Of a stretch of DNA of 64,000 nucleotides, positions 1 to 9,788 are shown one piece after another (position 1 is the first letter of the stretch; the number at the start of each line of letters is the position of its first letter). A model generated the notes under the pieces. The model was not told the origin of the DNA, searched no databases, and saw only the letters and a list, made by a program, of their open reading frames with translations. The position numbers were made by a program, and so were the translations under genes. The DNA lies in contig CBDBDQ010000005.1 in the NCBI GenBank assembly GCA_965203905.1, positions 3,648,001-3,712,000 of the forward strand, read 5' to 3'. This stretch comes from Spirochaetia bacterium (lineage in GTDB: Bacteria > Spirochaetota > Spirochaetia > SZUA-6 > Bin103).

Positions 1-82
1 CCAGTGCGAAGTTGACGGCGATGCCGAACCCCATGGTGCCGCCGCCGGCGACGCCCACGCGCCGTATGTCCTCTATCTGCAC
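1..82 (-). CDS. 3-hydroxyacyl-CoA dehydrogenase family protein, N-terminus (runs off the window edge)
   Basis: Manual translation from GTG at 82: MQIEDIRRVGVAGGGTMGFGIAVNFAL, a Rossmann GxGxMG motif; GAGGAG RBS upstream. Not in the ORF track. Confidence 0.75.
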   Translation of the reverse strand, partial: MQIEDIRRVGVAGGGTMGFGIAVNFAL

Positions 83-160
83 GCTACGCTCCTCGAATGC
101 CACCGTACCGGAGGTGGGCACCGGTGTCGCGGCCCGCGAGCCTCTCATCTGCTGGTTTGG

Positions 161-195
161 TTGACCTGGCGGCAGAGCGGCGGTAGCGTCTGACC
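161..195 (+). promoter_or_regulatory. sigma70-type promoter, probably leaderless, for the LLM gene pair
   Basis: TTGACC(161-166)-17 bp-TAGCGT(184-189)-6 bp-ATG(196); no SD sequence. Confidence 0.6.
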
Positions 196-1146
196 ATGTT
201 TGGAGCGCAGCTATACAATGTCGGCACGTCGTGGGACGAGATCACGTCGGTGCTGCGGGTGATGGAGGCGGGGACCTGGACCAGCGCTTACGTCTATGAC
301 CATTTCGTTCCTCCCTTGGGCGGTCGGGCCGTAGAGCTGCGGCCGAATCTGGAGGGCTGGATGCTGCTGGGCGGCATGGCGGCGGTCACCACCAGACTCG
401 AGCTGGGCGCTCTGGTGTCAGGGAATACCTACCGCAACCCGGCGCTGCTGGCGAAGATGGCGGTGACTCTCGACGAAGTCTCCAAGGGCCGCGCCATCCT
501 CGGCATCGGGGCGGGCTGGCACGCTCGCGAGCACGAAGCCTACGGCTGGGACTTCCCTTCGTTGGCGGAGCGATCCGATCGCCTGGAGGAAGCCTGCAAA
601 CTGATCCGGATGCTGTTTCACGCCGGCCCGCAGGAGTTGGTCAACTACGAAGGCAAGTACTATCGGCTGACGGAGGCACCGTTCGTACCGAACCACTACC
701 GCGGCGCCGGGCCACGCGGGCGCAAGCGCCAGGACGCCATTCCAATCATGGTCGGCGGCAAGGGCCGCAAGCGGACCTTGAAGACCCTCGCTCAGTATGG
801 TGACATCATGAACGTCATCTCCAGCCCGGAGGAATTCAAGCAGGAATGCGAGGTGCTCGACCGCCACTGCGAAGCGGTCGGTCGCGACCCGGCCGAGATC
901 TCGCGCACGGTCCACATTCCTTTGCGCATCATGGACGACGAGCAGAACGCGAAAGAGCTGCGCGCCGATGACGACTGGAAGCCGATCGGGTCGGTGCAGC
1001 GCGTCATCGACAAGTGCGGTGATTTCATCGCTGCCGGGGTTGAAGAGTTCTGCTTCGCGGCGATCCCACAGCACCCCGCCGTGTATCAGCGGCTGAATGA
1101 AGAGGTGCTACCCGCGTTCTCTCGCGGACTAGGGGGCAACGCATGA
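196..1146 (+). CDS. luciferase-like (LLM class) flavin/F420-dependent oxidoreductase
   Basis: YDHF, AVTTRLELGALVSGNTYRNPALLAKMAVTLDEVSKGRAILGIGAGW and PIMVGG motifs typical of LLM proteins. Confidence 0.9.
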   Translation: MFGAQLYNVGTSWDEITSVLRVMEAGTWTSAYVYDHFVPPLGGRAVELRPNLEGWMLLGGMAAVTTRLELGALVSGNTYRNPALLAKMAVTLDEVSKGRAILGIGAGWHAREHEAYGWDFPSLAERSDRLEEACKLIRMLFHAGPQELVNYEGKYYRLTEAPFVPNHYRGAGPRGRKRQDAIPIMVGGKGRKRTLKTLAQYGDIMNVISSPEEFKQECEVLDRHCEAVGRDPAEISRTVHIPLRIMDDEQNAKELRADDDWKPIGSVQRVIDKCGDFIAAGVEEFCFAAIPQHPAVYQRLNEEVLPAFSRGLGGNA

Positions 1147-2147
1147 AGTTCGGAGTACAAGTGAACTGTTACGGGACCAGTTGGGACCGGATCCGCGCGT
1201 CGATCGAGGCGATGGAGAAGGGTCCGTGGGACAGTCTCTGGTTCGCCGATCATTTTCTCCCACCGGTTTCGGACGACCGGGTTAATCCCAACCTCGAACG
1301 AGAGCAGGGAACGGCGTTCGAGGGCTACACGCTCATCGCCGTGGCGGCCGGCATGACTACCAAGCTGCGGCTCGGTCATCTCGTGCTGGGCAACCCTTAC
1401 CGCAATCCCGGGCTGTTGGCGAAGATGGCGGCGACGCTCGACCAGGCCTCCGAAGGGCGATTCACCCTGTCGCTTGGCGCCGGCTGGTTCGACCGCGAGC
1501 ACGTCGCCTACGGGTGGGGCGAATTCCCGACGATGAGGGAGCTGTCGGACCGCCTGGAGGAATCGTGCGCACTGATTCGCAAGCTGTTCACGGCGGATGG
1601 GCCCGTTACCCACCGCGGCCGGTACTACCGGCTGGAGCAGGCCCCGCTCTCACCGCGGTGCTACCAGGAGCCGCACGTGCCGATCCTGGTCGGTGGCACC
1701 GGTGAGAAACGGACGCTGCGAACGCTGGCCAGGTACGGCGACATCCTGAACTACGACGGCTGGGCGGGACGCGGCATGTCGGTCGAGGTGTTCCGTCACA
1801 AGGTGAGCGTGCTGGAGCGGCACTGCGAGGCCGTTGGGCGTGACCCGGCGGAGATAAAGCGCTCGCTGCTGATGCCGCTGGTCATCACCGACGACCCGGC
1901 GGCCATCGAACGAACCAAGCAGTTCTTCGGCCGGCGGGCCAACACGCGCTACGGCAACTACGCCGGCCGCTTGATGGAGGCACAGGAGGTCGAGGCGGCG
2001 GTAGGGTCGCTCAACGAGGTCATCGATCTGATCGGCAGGTTCGCCGACGAGGGAGTCGACGAGATCATGTTCGGCGCCATTCCGACCGGTGACGTGGAGG
2101 CACTGCAGCGGGTCGAGCAGGACGTCGTCGCGGTATTCGCCCGTTGA
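1143..2147 (+). CDS. luciferase-like (LLM class) oxidoreductase, tandem paralog
   Basis: WFADHF, YRNPGLLAKMAATLDQASEGRFTLSLGAGW, PILVGG; ATGA overlap with the upstream paralog. Confidence 0.9.
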   Translation: MKFGVQVNCYGTSWDRIRASIEAMEKGPWDSLWFADHFLPPVSDDRVNPNLEREQGTAFEGYTLIAVAAGMTTKLRLGHLVLGNPYRNPGLLAKMAATLDQASEGRFTLSLGAGWFDREHVAYGWGEFPTMRELSDRLEESCALIRKLFTADGPVTHRGRYYRLEQAPLSPRCYQEPHVPILVGGTGEKRTLRTLARYGDILNYDGWAGRGMSVEVFRHKVSVLERHCEAVGRDPAEIKRSLLMPLVITDDPAAIERTKQFFGRRANTRYGNYAGRLMEAQEVEAAVGSLNEVIDLIGRFADEGVDEIMFGAIPTGDVEALQRVEQDVVAVFAR

Positions 2148-2176
2148 ACCTATGCCAACTCGGCTACTGCTGGGGG

Positions 2177-2496
2177 CTACCGGTCACTGCTCCGGCGCCG
2201 GGGGTCGAGCAGGTCGCGCAGGGCGTCGCCGAACATGTTGAGGCTGTACACGACCAGCGTCAGGCACAGGCCCGGCCACGGCGCCAAGCGCGGCGCCGCC
2301 TCCATGTACGTGCGCCCCACGCGGCTCAGCATGCCGCCCCGAGGAAGCTGAGCGCCGCCGCGCTCAGGATGTAGCCGCCGATGCTGATGCTGAAGATGAT
2401 GATCACCGGCGGCGCGATGTTGGGCAGCACGTGACGGGTCAGTATGCGCCACGTGGCCGAGCCGATCGCGTCTCCCGCCTCGAAGTAGACGTTCTC
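2177..2496 (-). pseudogene. DppC/OppC ABC permease C-terminal remnant
   Basis: One frame reads ENVYFEAGDAIGSATWRILTRHVLPNIAPPVIIIFSISIGGYILSAAALSFLG, then shifts to GMLSRVGRTYM...PGLCLTLVVYSLNMFGDALRDLLDPR; the PPxPSW segment and the whole N-terminus are missing. Confidence 0.8.
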
Positions 2497-2628
2497 CCAG
2501 CTCTACGAAGCGGCGCGGGCTACCCGACCGGACTTGCCGGACGAGGAGACTCGCCGGTCTGACCTCGTCACCCATCAGCGCGTACGTGCGCTGCTGGACC
2601 GTGCGGCCCATGTCGGCCGTCGCTGGCG

Positions 2629-3042
2629 TCAGCCGTCCGGTGCGGGTGACTCGCCTGGCATGCTGCCTGCTGAATAGCCGCCGATGATGGCGAGGATCGG
2701 CTTCAGCCGCTGGGCCGTGGGGTCGACATCGACGCCGAACGCCTCCAACGCCGTCGCCCCCAGCAGGTACCGTGAGCCGGACGGTGCGAAGATGATCGGA
2801 CAGGTGAGCGACCCTTCGAGGCCTTCGATGGTCAGCCGCGCCTCGCCGAGCAGGCGCCGTTCGCGGCGGCCGTCAGCCAGGATCAGATCCCGGCTCAGCA
2901 ACGGCGCGACGGCAATTGCATGCAATCGGTGTTCGGGGATGAACGTGTAGAGCGCGCCGGTGTCGACCCAGAATCGTTCTGCGAAGTTCCGGGATGCGTC
3001 GGTGGGGTTGGCCACGGTCACGCCGATCTGAAACATGCCCAC
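2629..3042 (-). CDS. clan AA (retropepsin-like) aspartic protease
   Basis: WVDTGALYT catalytic motif, LADGRR flap, LLGATALE C-terminal motif; leaderless promoter TTGACG(3077-3072)-17-TAGAGT(3054-3049)-6-GTG. Confidence 0.85.
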   Translation of the reverse strand: MGMFQIGVTVANPTDASRNFAERFWVDTGALYTFIPEHRLHAIAVAPLLSRDLILADGRRERRLLGEARLTIEGLEGSLTCPIIFAPSGSRYLLGATALEAFGVDVDPTAQRLKPILAIIGGYSAGSMPGESPAPDG

Positions 3043-3135
3043 ACATCCACTCTAGGCACCCACGGTCGGACCGTCAATCTCGGAGTGGCTGGGCCCGCTC
3101 CTACACGTTGCCCCGTTGGCGGCCTGACGTTGCAG

Positions 3136-3480
3136 CTACTTGTAGGGGCCGGCAGCGTCGCGCAGGCCGTCGCCGACGAAGTTGAAGCAGAGCACCGTGA
3201 ACACCACGAACAGCGCCGGAATCAGCAGCCACGGATGCTGTGCCACGGTACGCACGTTCTGCGCCTGCAGGAACTCGATGACGCGCTGCACAAGCATGTC
3301 GACGGCGCCGCCGAAGTAGCCCGAGACGCCGCCGAGCGGGCACCCCAGCACGAAGCTGATCGCGACCCCGAGCAGCCCGATGGAGAGGGAGATGGGGCGC
3401 CGGCCAGCACCCGCGAGAACATGTCGCGCCCGAGGCTGTCGGTGCCGAAAAGGAACAGGTAGCCGGCCCAACTCGAAGCC
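3136..3480 (-). pseudogene. DppC/OppC permease remnant with frameshift and internal deletion
   Basis: [20 protein letters not shown] / [10 protein letters not shown]...QRVIEFLQ joined directly to AQNVRTV...[12 protein letters not shown]; about 120 codons are missing relative to the intact paralog at 59429-60544. Confidence 0.85.
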
Positions 3481-3550
3481 AGGTAATTAGATCTCGACCA
3501 CCCGCAGTTGGGTGCGGACTTCTCGTTCACGCACCGTGCTCACGCCGGCG

Positions 3551-5278
3551 TCACCCTCGATACTCGACCAGCGCGGAGCGGCCCTGGATCTCGGCGACGC
3601 GTACGCTCCGTTCCGTTCCGTTGGCGTCGGCAAGTCGCAGGTCTTCGCCAAGGTTGAACTCGACGGGCTGGGGTATTCCTCCGTTGACCGATATCTCGAA
3701 CGTGTACAGGTAGAGCCGGTCCTGTGGGTCCCGTATCGGATTGATCCACCCGGCGAGTCCCGGCACCGAACCAACCGCCTCGTGGAAGATGACCGATCCC
3801 CCGCCAGGCAGAGAAATCAGCTCCAGGGCAAGCGATCCATCATCCGGTATCCAGCCCGTGCTGACGCATGCACGGAAGCCCTCACGCGCCGCCAACACGG
3901 TCATGGGAAGGTGCGTCGCGTGCAGTTCCAGGTGCGCCATGCCCTCTTCATCGGTGATCGCGCGCTTCCAGGTCCGGTCGGGAAACAGCACCAGCAGCTC
4001 GACCTTGGCGACCGGCGCGTTCTGGCACCGGGTGATGACGACGCTGCGAATCCCATTCCTCCCGGCGAGCGTCGCGCGGCGCACCGTCGCCATGAATCCG
4101 CCGGAAACGGAAAACTCCGGCTCCGAGAGACCGGCGTCGAGGCAGCGGCGGATCATGTCGAGCGTTCCGGTTCCGGACTGCTCGATGTACTGATTCAGAT
4201 ACAACGGGGCCGCGATCAGGGGATTCCCGGGCAGGGATGGGTGAGGCTGCTTCAGTTGCTCGATGGTCAGACTCGGAGGCAACCGCCCCGGGTTCATGAT
4301 CTCCAGACGGTCGGCGAACAGCATGACCTGCACGCTCCCGTGGCTCGTGTAGTCGCGGTGCGCCACCGCGTTGACGATCGCCTCGGTCACGACCTCTTTC
4401 GGGATCTCATAGGTGACCGGCGCGCGCACGCTGTCGGCCCGGGTGCCCACGTGGAGCGCGATCTTGCTCAGCACGAAGTCCACCGCCTGGTCCACCAGAG
4501 CGAAGAGGTTGCCCTCGAACTTCTGATGGGCCGGAATCGGCTTGACGACGTGCCGCCCGTGGAAGTGGGCGCAGGTGACGCCCGAAGAGATCAGGAATCG
4601 TTGCGGCGACTTCCCGAACAGCAGTACCGCCGCGTTCGTGAGCTGCCCATCGTTGCGCAGGTTCAGGTGTTCGAGCAGCGTCTCCGGGGGAGCATCCTCC
4701 GGGAGCGGAAAGCCGCGAACGCGGCGCGCCGTGCGCACAAATCGCGTCATCAGTTCGACGTCGAGGTCGTCCAGGGTCGCCCCGGCACAGGAGGCGGCGT
4801 CGAACGGGCCGAACCGAATGAGTTCCTTCGCCTCCAGGTACTCCACGAGCGCCGCGTAGAGGCCGGCGAGGAGCTCCTCCTGGGTGTTGAATCGCTTTCG
4901 GACGAGCCCCGTCTCGACTCGTCGGATCAGCGCCCGCATTTTCGGGTGGCGGGGTTCTTCCGATTCCCCCTTGACGAAGATCAGCCGGTGCGCGCCGATC
5001 TCCGTCGCGCGGTCGAATTCACGTTCCGTGGGCGAGAGCCCCGCATCGTCCTCGAACCCGTAACCGTTGCCGAAGATCCCGGCATACAGGTCGCACCGCT
5101 CTACCTCGCCCAGGTAGAGCTGGTCCGGCCGCCGATCGGTGGCCGGAACGTCCTCGAACACGAATACGTCGAAGAACCGCCGCAGCAGTGGATCCCCGCG
5201 CACGTAGTCCCGCAACGCGGCGCGTTCGTTGCCAAACTCCCGCTGGACGCTACTGACGAAGATGCGGATCGGGGTCAT
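3551..5278 (-). CDS. DUF4062-domain protein with RecG-C/HATPase-like middle domain and an unassigned beta-rich C-terminal domain
   Basis: N-terminal RIFVSSVQREF (DUF4062-like); EAIVNAVAHRDY...DRLEIMNPG...YIEQSGTG (HATPase_c_4-like); the last ~165 aa are not an HTH. Confidence 0.8.
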   Translation of the reverse strand: MTPIRIFVSSVQREFGNERAALRDYVRGDPLLRRFFDVFVFEDVPATDRRPDQLYLGEVERCDLYAGIFGNGYGFEDDAGLSPTEREFDRATEIGAHRLIFVKGESEEPRHPKMRALIRRVETGLVRKRFNTQEELLAGLYAALVEYLEAKELIRFGPFDAASCAGATLDDLDVELMTRFVRTARRVRGFPLPEDAPPETLLEHLNLRNDGQLTNAAVLLFGKSPQRFLISSGVTCAHFHGRHVVKPIPAHQKFEGNLFALVDQAVDFVLSKIALHVGTRADSVRAPVTYEIPKEVVTEAIVNAVAHRDYTSHGSVQVMLFADRLEIMNPGRLPPSLTIEQLKQPHPSLPGNPLIAAPLYLNQYIEQSGTGTLDMIRRCLDAGLSEPEFSVSGGFMATVRRATLAGRNGIRSVVITRCQNAPVAKVELLVLFPDRTWKRAITDEEGMAHLELHATHLPMTVLAAREGFRACVSTGWIPDDGSLALELISLPGGGSVIFHEAVGSVPGLAGWINPIRDPQDRLYLYTFEISVNGGIPQPVEFNLGEDLRLADANGTERSVRVAEIQGRSALVEYRG

Positions 5279-5852
5279 CTCGGCACTGTTCCTTTTTCGT
5301 CGGGCCGTCGGTCGACGTAGTCGGCACCTGAACCGCGTTGCTGGCTCCTACGGACTCTATACCCCCAAAGCCACTGATACGTCGGCGGAAGTCCCAAGTA
5401 CGCCTGTTGAGTCAAATCCGCGAGCGTCCACGGTTTGCTCATTCCGACGGACGCAAGGTTCTTTCGCTGTCCTTCACTCTCTTGCCATGCCGTTTGCACG
5501 TTGAACTGCGCGAACAGCTCCGTACCGGTCAGCACGATCACCGGATTACGACAGTGGCCGCCCGCATCGGGTTCACGACCCCAGACCGAAAGCTCCCTAA
5601 TGCGATTGCATTCTTCCTCAGATAGCTCCGACTTCAGGGTAGCGCACACCGGAAACGTACCAGGCATCAACTCACCGATTCGCACCAAGCGTCGGCGGGA
5701 GCATGAATTACCGGTATGATGGGATTGTACATCCCTCCCCAGAGACAGCTGCAGAGCTGAAAGACCTTGCGCAGCTTGCGGAGGTCGGTTGGACGAACGA
5801 GGAATCCGATACGCGTCGGTCTAAGTCTGAGGTAGCCGGTCAAGGAAGCCAT
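5275..5852 (-). pseudogene. collapsed remnant of a large defence-island-type hypothetical gene (N- and C-terminal ends only)
   Basis: N-terminal LRLRPTRIGFLVRP...CSCLWGGMYNPIIPV (5852-5710) joined out of frame to C-terminal ...CATLKSELS...RNPVIVLTGTELF...LADLTQQAYLGL (5688-5275); stop overlaps the DUF4062 start (ATGA). Confidence 0.55.
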
Positions 5853-5979
5853 GGCGAAGCCTTCTCGGCGATGAACGGGTGCACGGCTTGCAGGAACGAC
5901 GCATCTCTGGTTGCCGGTACCGCTTGGCCCTGAGCGCTGCTTCTCCGGTTATGCGAGCTGTGCCCATATCCGGCCGCAC

Positions 5980-6139
5980 CGGCGCCGCGGACAATGTTGG
6001 CAACCGATCTTATAGTCACAACCTGCCAATCCTCCGGGAGCACCCCTACCTCGGTGCGTTTGTAGCCGACGGGTACTTCGTACTCCTGGCGGATGCCGCC
6101 TTGGACAGCACGATCCGCTGTCGCCGGGGCTTCACTCAT
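5980..6139 (-). pseudogene. hsdS: type I R-M specificity subunit N-terminal stump
   Basis: MSEAPAT...VPVGYKRTEVGVLPEDWQVVTIRSVANIVRGA, the usual HsdS start, then similarity is lost; start overlaps the stop of the upstream YhcG-type gene. Confidence 0.75.
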
Positions 6140-7265
6140 CGGTTCCACCTCGTTCTTCGAGTTCCCGGTGGACGCTTGTGAGTTGGGCGGCGAGATCCTG
6201 TTTCGACGGCAGGTAAAGCTGGTACTTCGAGGCGTAGATGTTAGCGCCTTCGGGCAACGTGAGTTCGACCACGGCGTCGTTCTTGCGGTCGCATAGCACG
6301 ATGCCGACGGTCGGCAGCTCGTCGTCGTTCTTTACATAGAGGTCGAAGTAGTTCACGTACATCTGCATCTGGCCGAGATCCTGGTGGGCCAGCTCGCCAC
6401 GCTTGAGGTCGATCAGCACGTAGCAGCGCAGCAGGCGGTTGTAGAACACCAGATCGACGAAGAAATGCTGGTTGCCGAAACTGAAGCGCTTCTGGCGCGC
6501 CTCGAACAGGAAGCCCTTGCCCAACTCCAGGAGGAACTGCTGAAGCCGGTCGATGATCGCGGTCTCCAGTTCGCTCTCGGAGTAAGTGGGCCGCTCCTCC
6601 AGACCCAGGAACTCCAACACCAGTGGGTCCTTGATCAGATCCGACGCATTCTCGACTATCTGCCCCTCGTGGGCGAGGCGGCGAATCGCTTGTTTGTCGC
6701 GGCTGAGGGCGAGTCGTTCGTACAGGGAGCTGTCGAGTTGTCGCTTGAGTTCGCGGACGCTCCAGCCGTTGACCGTGGCCTCGATTTCGTAGAAGCGCCG
6801 CGCCTCGGCGTTGTCGAGAGCCAGAAGGGTAACGTAGTGGGACCAGCCGAGGGTGAACCGGCCTGCCGCGTGCAGTGCGTCCGCTTGGCCGGGGGCAGCA
6901 GGCGTAACGGGAGATTCGACAGACAGCGTCGGGCGAATCCCGGTGCGCCCGGAAGATTCAGCAGACGGTGTCTGTTGAATCTCGGGATAGGTCAGGTAGA
7001 ACTGACGAAACTTGCGCAGGTTGGTAGCAGAACAGCCGTTGATCCCCGCCGCCTTCAGCTTCGCTGACAGACGTTCAATCAACTGTTTGCCATAGACTTC
7101 GCCACGACCGGCGCCGCCGTGTTCGAATTCGACGATGTATTGTCCAAAGAGCCAATTCCGCTCGACCAGTGAGCGATCGACCATCCGGATCGCGCGGCGC
7201 CGCATTTCCTGGTGTGCTCGGCGGCACATCCCGACGAGATGCTCGAAATCGAACGCGCCACTCAT
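6132..7265 (-). CDS. YhcG/DUF1016 family PDDEXK nuclease-domain protein
   Basis: NWLFGQYIVEFE, LGWSHYVTLL, WSVRELKRQ, KDPLVLEFL, FLLELGKGFLFEARQKRF, DLGQMQMYVNYFD motifs; ATG at 7265 overlaps the hsdM stop. Confidence 0.9.
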   Translation of the reverse strand: MSGAFDFEHLVGMCRRAHQEMRRRAIRMVDRSLVERNWLFGQYIVEFEHGGAGRGEVYGKQLIERLSAKLKAAGINGCSATNLRKFRQFYLTYPEIQQTPSAESSGRTGIRPTLSVESPVTPAAPGQADALHAAGRFTLGWSHYVTLLALDNAEARRFYEIEATVNGWSVRELKRQLDSSLYERLALSRDKQAIRRLAHEGQIVENASDLIKDPLVLEFLGLEERPTYSESELETAIIDRLQQFLLELGKGFLFEARQKRFSFGNQHFFVDLVFYNRLLRCYVLIDLKRGELAHQDLGQMQMYVNYFDLYVKNDDELPTVGIVLCDRKNDAVVELTLPEGANIYASKYQLYLPSKQDLAAQLTSVHRELEERGGTDE

Positions 7266-7445
7266 GGCGACAGGCCCATTCGCCGCAATTGGCCCTCGAC
7301 GGTGGTCCGGATGCTGGCGCACCATTTGTCCTCGACCACGAGCGTCCCGATCTCGGCCTCGGTAAGCACGGCGCAACGGGCCAGCACCGCGTGGTCCAGG
7401 TCGGCGTGCGCCTCCTCGAGGGCATTCCCGGCCTTGGACTCGGCT
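7262..7445 (-). pseudogene. hsdM: type I R-M methyltransferase C-terminal remnant
   Basis: LDHAVLARCAVLTEAEIGTLVVEDKWCASIRTTVEGQLRRMGL resembles HsdM C-termini with an internal deletion; sits upstream of yhcG and the hsdS stump. Confidence 0.7.
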
Positions 7446-7454
7446 AATACAGGC

Positions 7455-7700
7455 TCACCGCTCGCCGCGATCATCGGCAATCAGATCCGCGGCTGCAATG
7501 CCGCGGACGGGCTCGGGGTAGGCTTCCTGCAGGCGCCCCGCGGCGTGGCTCCAGTCACACGGCTGTGCGACCGCCCGCAACGGAACGATCCGCGCCACCG
7601 AACGGCCGCGTCGCACGATCTTGATCTCCTCGCCGCCCTCGACCTCGGCAAGCACGGCAGCGAGCCGGTGCTGGATGTGCCGCACGTTGAACGACTTCAT
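7455..7700 (-). CDS. Phd/YefM-family antitoxin (orphan)
   Basis: LAAVLAEVEGGEEIKIVRRGRSVARIVP motif; followed by an overlapping GTG AGC CTG TAT TAG (MSLY*), possibly the stump of a deleted VapC. Confidence 0.8.
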   Translation of the reverse strand: MKSFNVRHIQHRLAAVLAEVEGGEEIKIVRRGRSVARIVPLRAVAQPCDWSHAAGRLQEAYPEPVRGIAAADLIADDRGER

Positions 7701-7781
7701 GCCATTACAGACTGCCTGACTGCCCGGTCCTCGTCAACGCAACGGGCCGCCGCCGTCGTCGTCGTCGGCTGCCGACCTCCG

Positions 7782-9156
7782 CTACCTCGAGGGCCAGCAG
7801 CCGGCAGCGCCCTCCAGGGCGATGTCCGGCAACTCGAAGCTGTCGCCGGTCTCCGCGATCCAGCGCGCGAGGCGGCGGTGGCAGCGCTGTTTGGTCTCCT
7901 GGTGGTCGTACCAGTACACCAGGTTGGCCTGTTCGTAGGGGTCGCCGGCGGTGTCGTACAGGAGCCAGTCGTTGTGCGGCGTGCACACGTACTTCCAGCC
8001 GTCACGCATTACCACCCCGCGCCAGGCCCGGTTGACCGGGCAGTAGAACTTGCGCGGTACCTGTTGCAGGAAGGCCGAGTCGGGCTCGGCGGCCGGATCG
8101 GGCTCGCCACGGTACTCGGGCCGGTCCCGCCTGATGCAGTGGCGCGAGTAGTCGTATCCCACCATTCGCTCCGGGACCTCGATACCGCACAGGCCGAGCG
8201 TGGTCGGGGCGATGTCCACGTGGTTGAGAAGTGCATCGGTCGTGCCCACCTGCATGCTGAAACGGCCCCCGACCATGCCCACGATGAAGGGAATGCGGAT
8301 GCACTCCTCCCACGGCAGCGAGTTGCCGTTGAAGCCGTGGCTGCCGAGCAGGTCGCCGTGATCGGAGAAGAACACCACGTACGTTTCGCGGTCGATGCCC
8401 AGCGTCTTGAGCGCCGTCAGGATCCTGCCCACGTTGAAGTCGAGATTCTCGATCATGCCGTAGTATCCCACCGCGGCGTCCGCTGCCTGCTCACGGAAGC
8501 TGGCCGACGCGGGGACGTTGGGCCGGAACGTGATGTCCGCCTGATGCGGCACGCTCGAACCGTGGCCGGGGTTGGTCGGGGGCACCATGGGGCCGTGCGG
8601 CGGCTGCACCGAGAGCACGGCGAAGAACGGCTGGTAGTCGCCCTCGACGCCGTTGCCGTTGACGTGCCGCCGCAGGTGGCCAAGGAGCAGGTCGGTGAGG
8701 GAGTCGGTCTCGTAGCCGGGGAGGCGGCGCGGTGTCTCGTGTCCGGTCCCGTAGACGAAGCTCCTGCTGGTTGTTGTTGTTGTCGTAGCCCATCCAGTGG
8801 TCGAAGCCGCTGCGGCGCTCGGGCGGCACGTAGTGGGTGTGCTCGTCGAAGCCGTCGAGATGCCACTTGCCCACGAACGCGCTGTGGTAACCCGCCTGCC
8901 GGAACGGCCCGGTGATGGTGGGGATGGCCGGATCGAGCCGCTGCGGGATCTGCACCACGCCGCACTGGTGCGGGTAGAGTCCGGTCAGGAGGGCGGCGCG
9001 GAACGGCGAGCACCACGGTGCGCCGGCCAGCGCCGAGTCGAAGCGGACGCCCCTGCGCGCCAGGCTGTCGATGTTCGGCGTGCTGACGTTGGGATCGCCG
9101 CGGTGGCTCAGGGCCTGTGCCCGATGCGCATCGCCGAACACCCAGATCACGTTCAT
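7782..9156 (-). pseudogene. formylglycine-dependent sulfatase, frameshifted near 8760
   Basis: MNVIWVFGDAHRA...WCSPFRAALLTG (CxPxR), GKWHL, then frame change at ...CAG GAG C TTC GTC TAC... into FVYGTG...SDHGDLLG...PWEECIRIPF...DPYEQANL. A sequencing error cannot be excluded. Confidence 0.8.
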
Positions 9157-9243
9157 CCTCCTGCGCGGACGGAGCTCGAGGTGCCGGTCCACCCATCGAT
9201 TATCCGGCGTGGCGGGCCGCCCGGCAATCCTCTGCGATCCTGA

Positions 9244-9765
9244 AGCCGAGCCAACGTCATCTGGATCTACGGCGACCTGCACCGCGGGCAGGCACAGGGG
9301 CACATGGGCGACCCGAACGCGATGACCCCGAACCTGGACCGGCTGGCCGCCGACGGCGTCACCTTTACCCGGGCGGTGTCGAACTGTCCGTGGTGCACGC
9401 CTACCACCCTCGGCCTGTGCGGGCTGCCGCAGCCCGACTGGATGCGCGGCTTCGACTACTCGGGGGCGCGCCGGCACGGCGGTACGTCGCTGGAGCGCGC
9501 CCCGGAGTCGGCCTTCCTGCAGTACTGCCTCCACGACTCCCCGTTCCTGGAGTGGGTGTGGCGCGGCGTGATCACCGCGGACGGCTGGAAGTACGTCGCC
9601 CTGGAGGGCCAGCCGTTCGCCATGTTCGACCTGAACCGCGATCCCTACGAACTGGAGAACCTCGCCTTCCGCCGCGCCTTCCTGGCCCAGCGCCGGCGCC
9701 TCCGGGGGTTGCTCGCGCGCTGGATCGCCGACACCGGCGACCGCTTCACGCTGGCGCAGACCTGA
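9244..9765 (+). pseudogene. sulfatase remnant with large internal deletion
   Basis: NVIWIYGDLHRGQAQGHMGDPNAMTPNLDRLA...CPWCTP fused in frame to TTLGLCGL...WKYV...DPYELENL; the CxPxR arginine and roughly 270 codons are missing versus the neighbouring sulfatase; native start lost (TGA at 9241). Confidence 0.85.
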
Positions 9766-9788
9766 GGGCCACGCGGCGCGCGGCGGAC

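Noticed and set aside
3512-5320. Long antisense or alternate-frame ORFs (also 7212-8915, 28359-30551, 33015-35150, 44384-46798, 59303-61570)
   Set aside because: They overlap well-supported genes, carry no family motifs, and are the shadow ORFs expected in high-GC DNA.
8765-8785. (GTT)n tract next to the sulfatase frameshift as a phase-variation switch
   Set aside because: A triplet repeat cannot shift the frame, and the lesion lies a few bases outside it.
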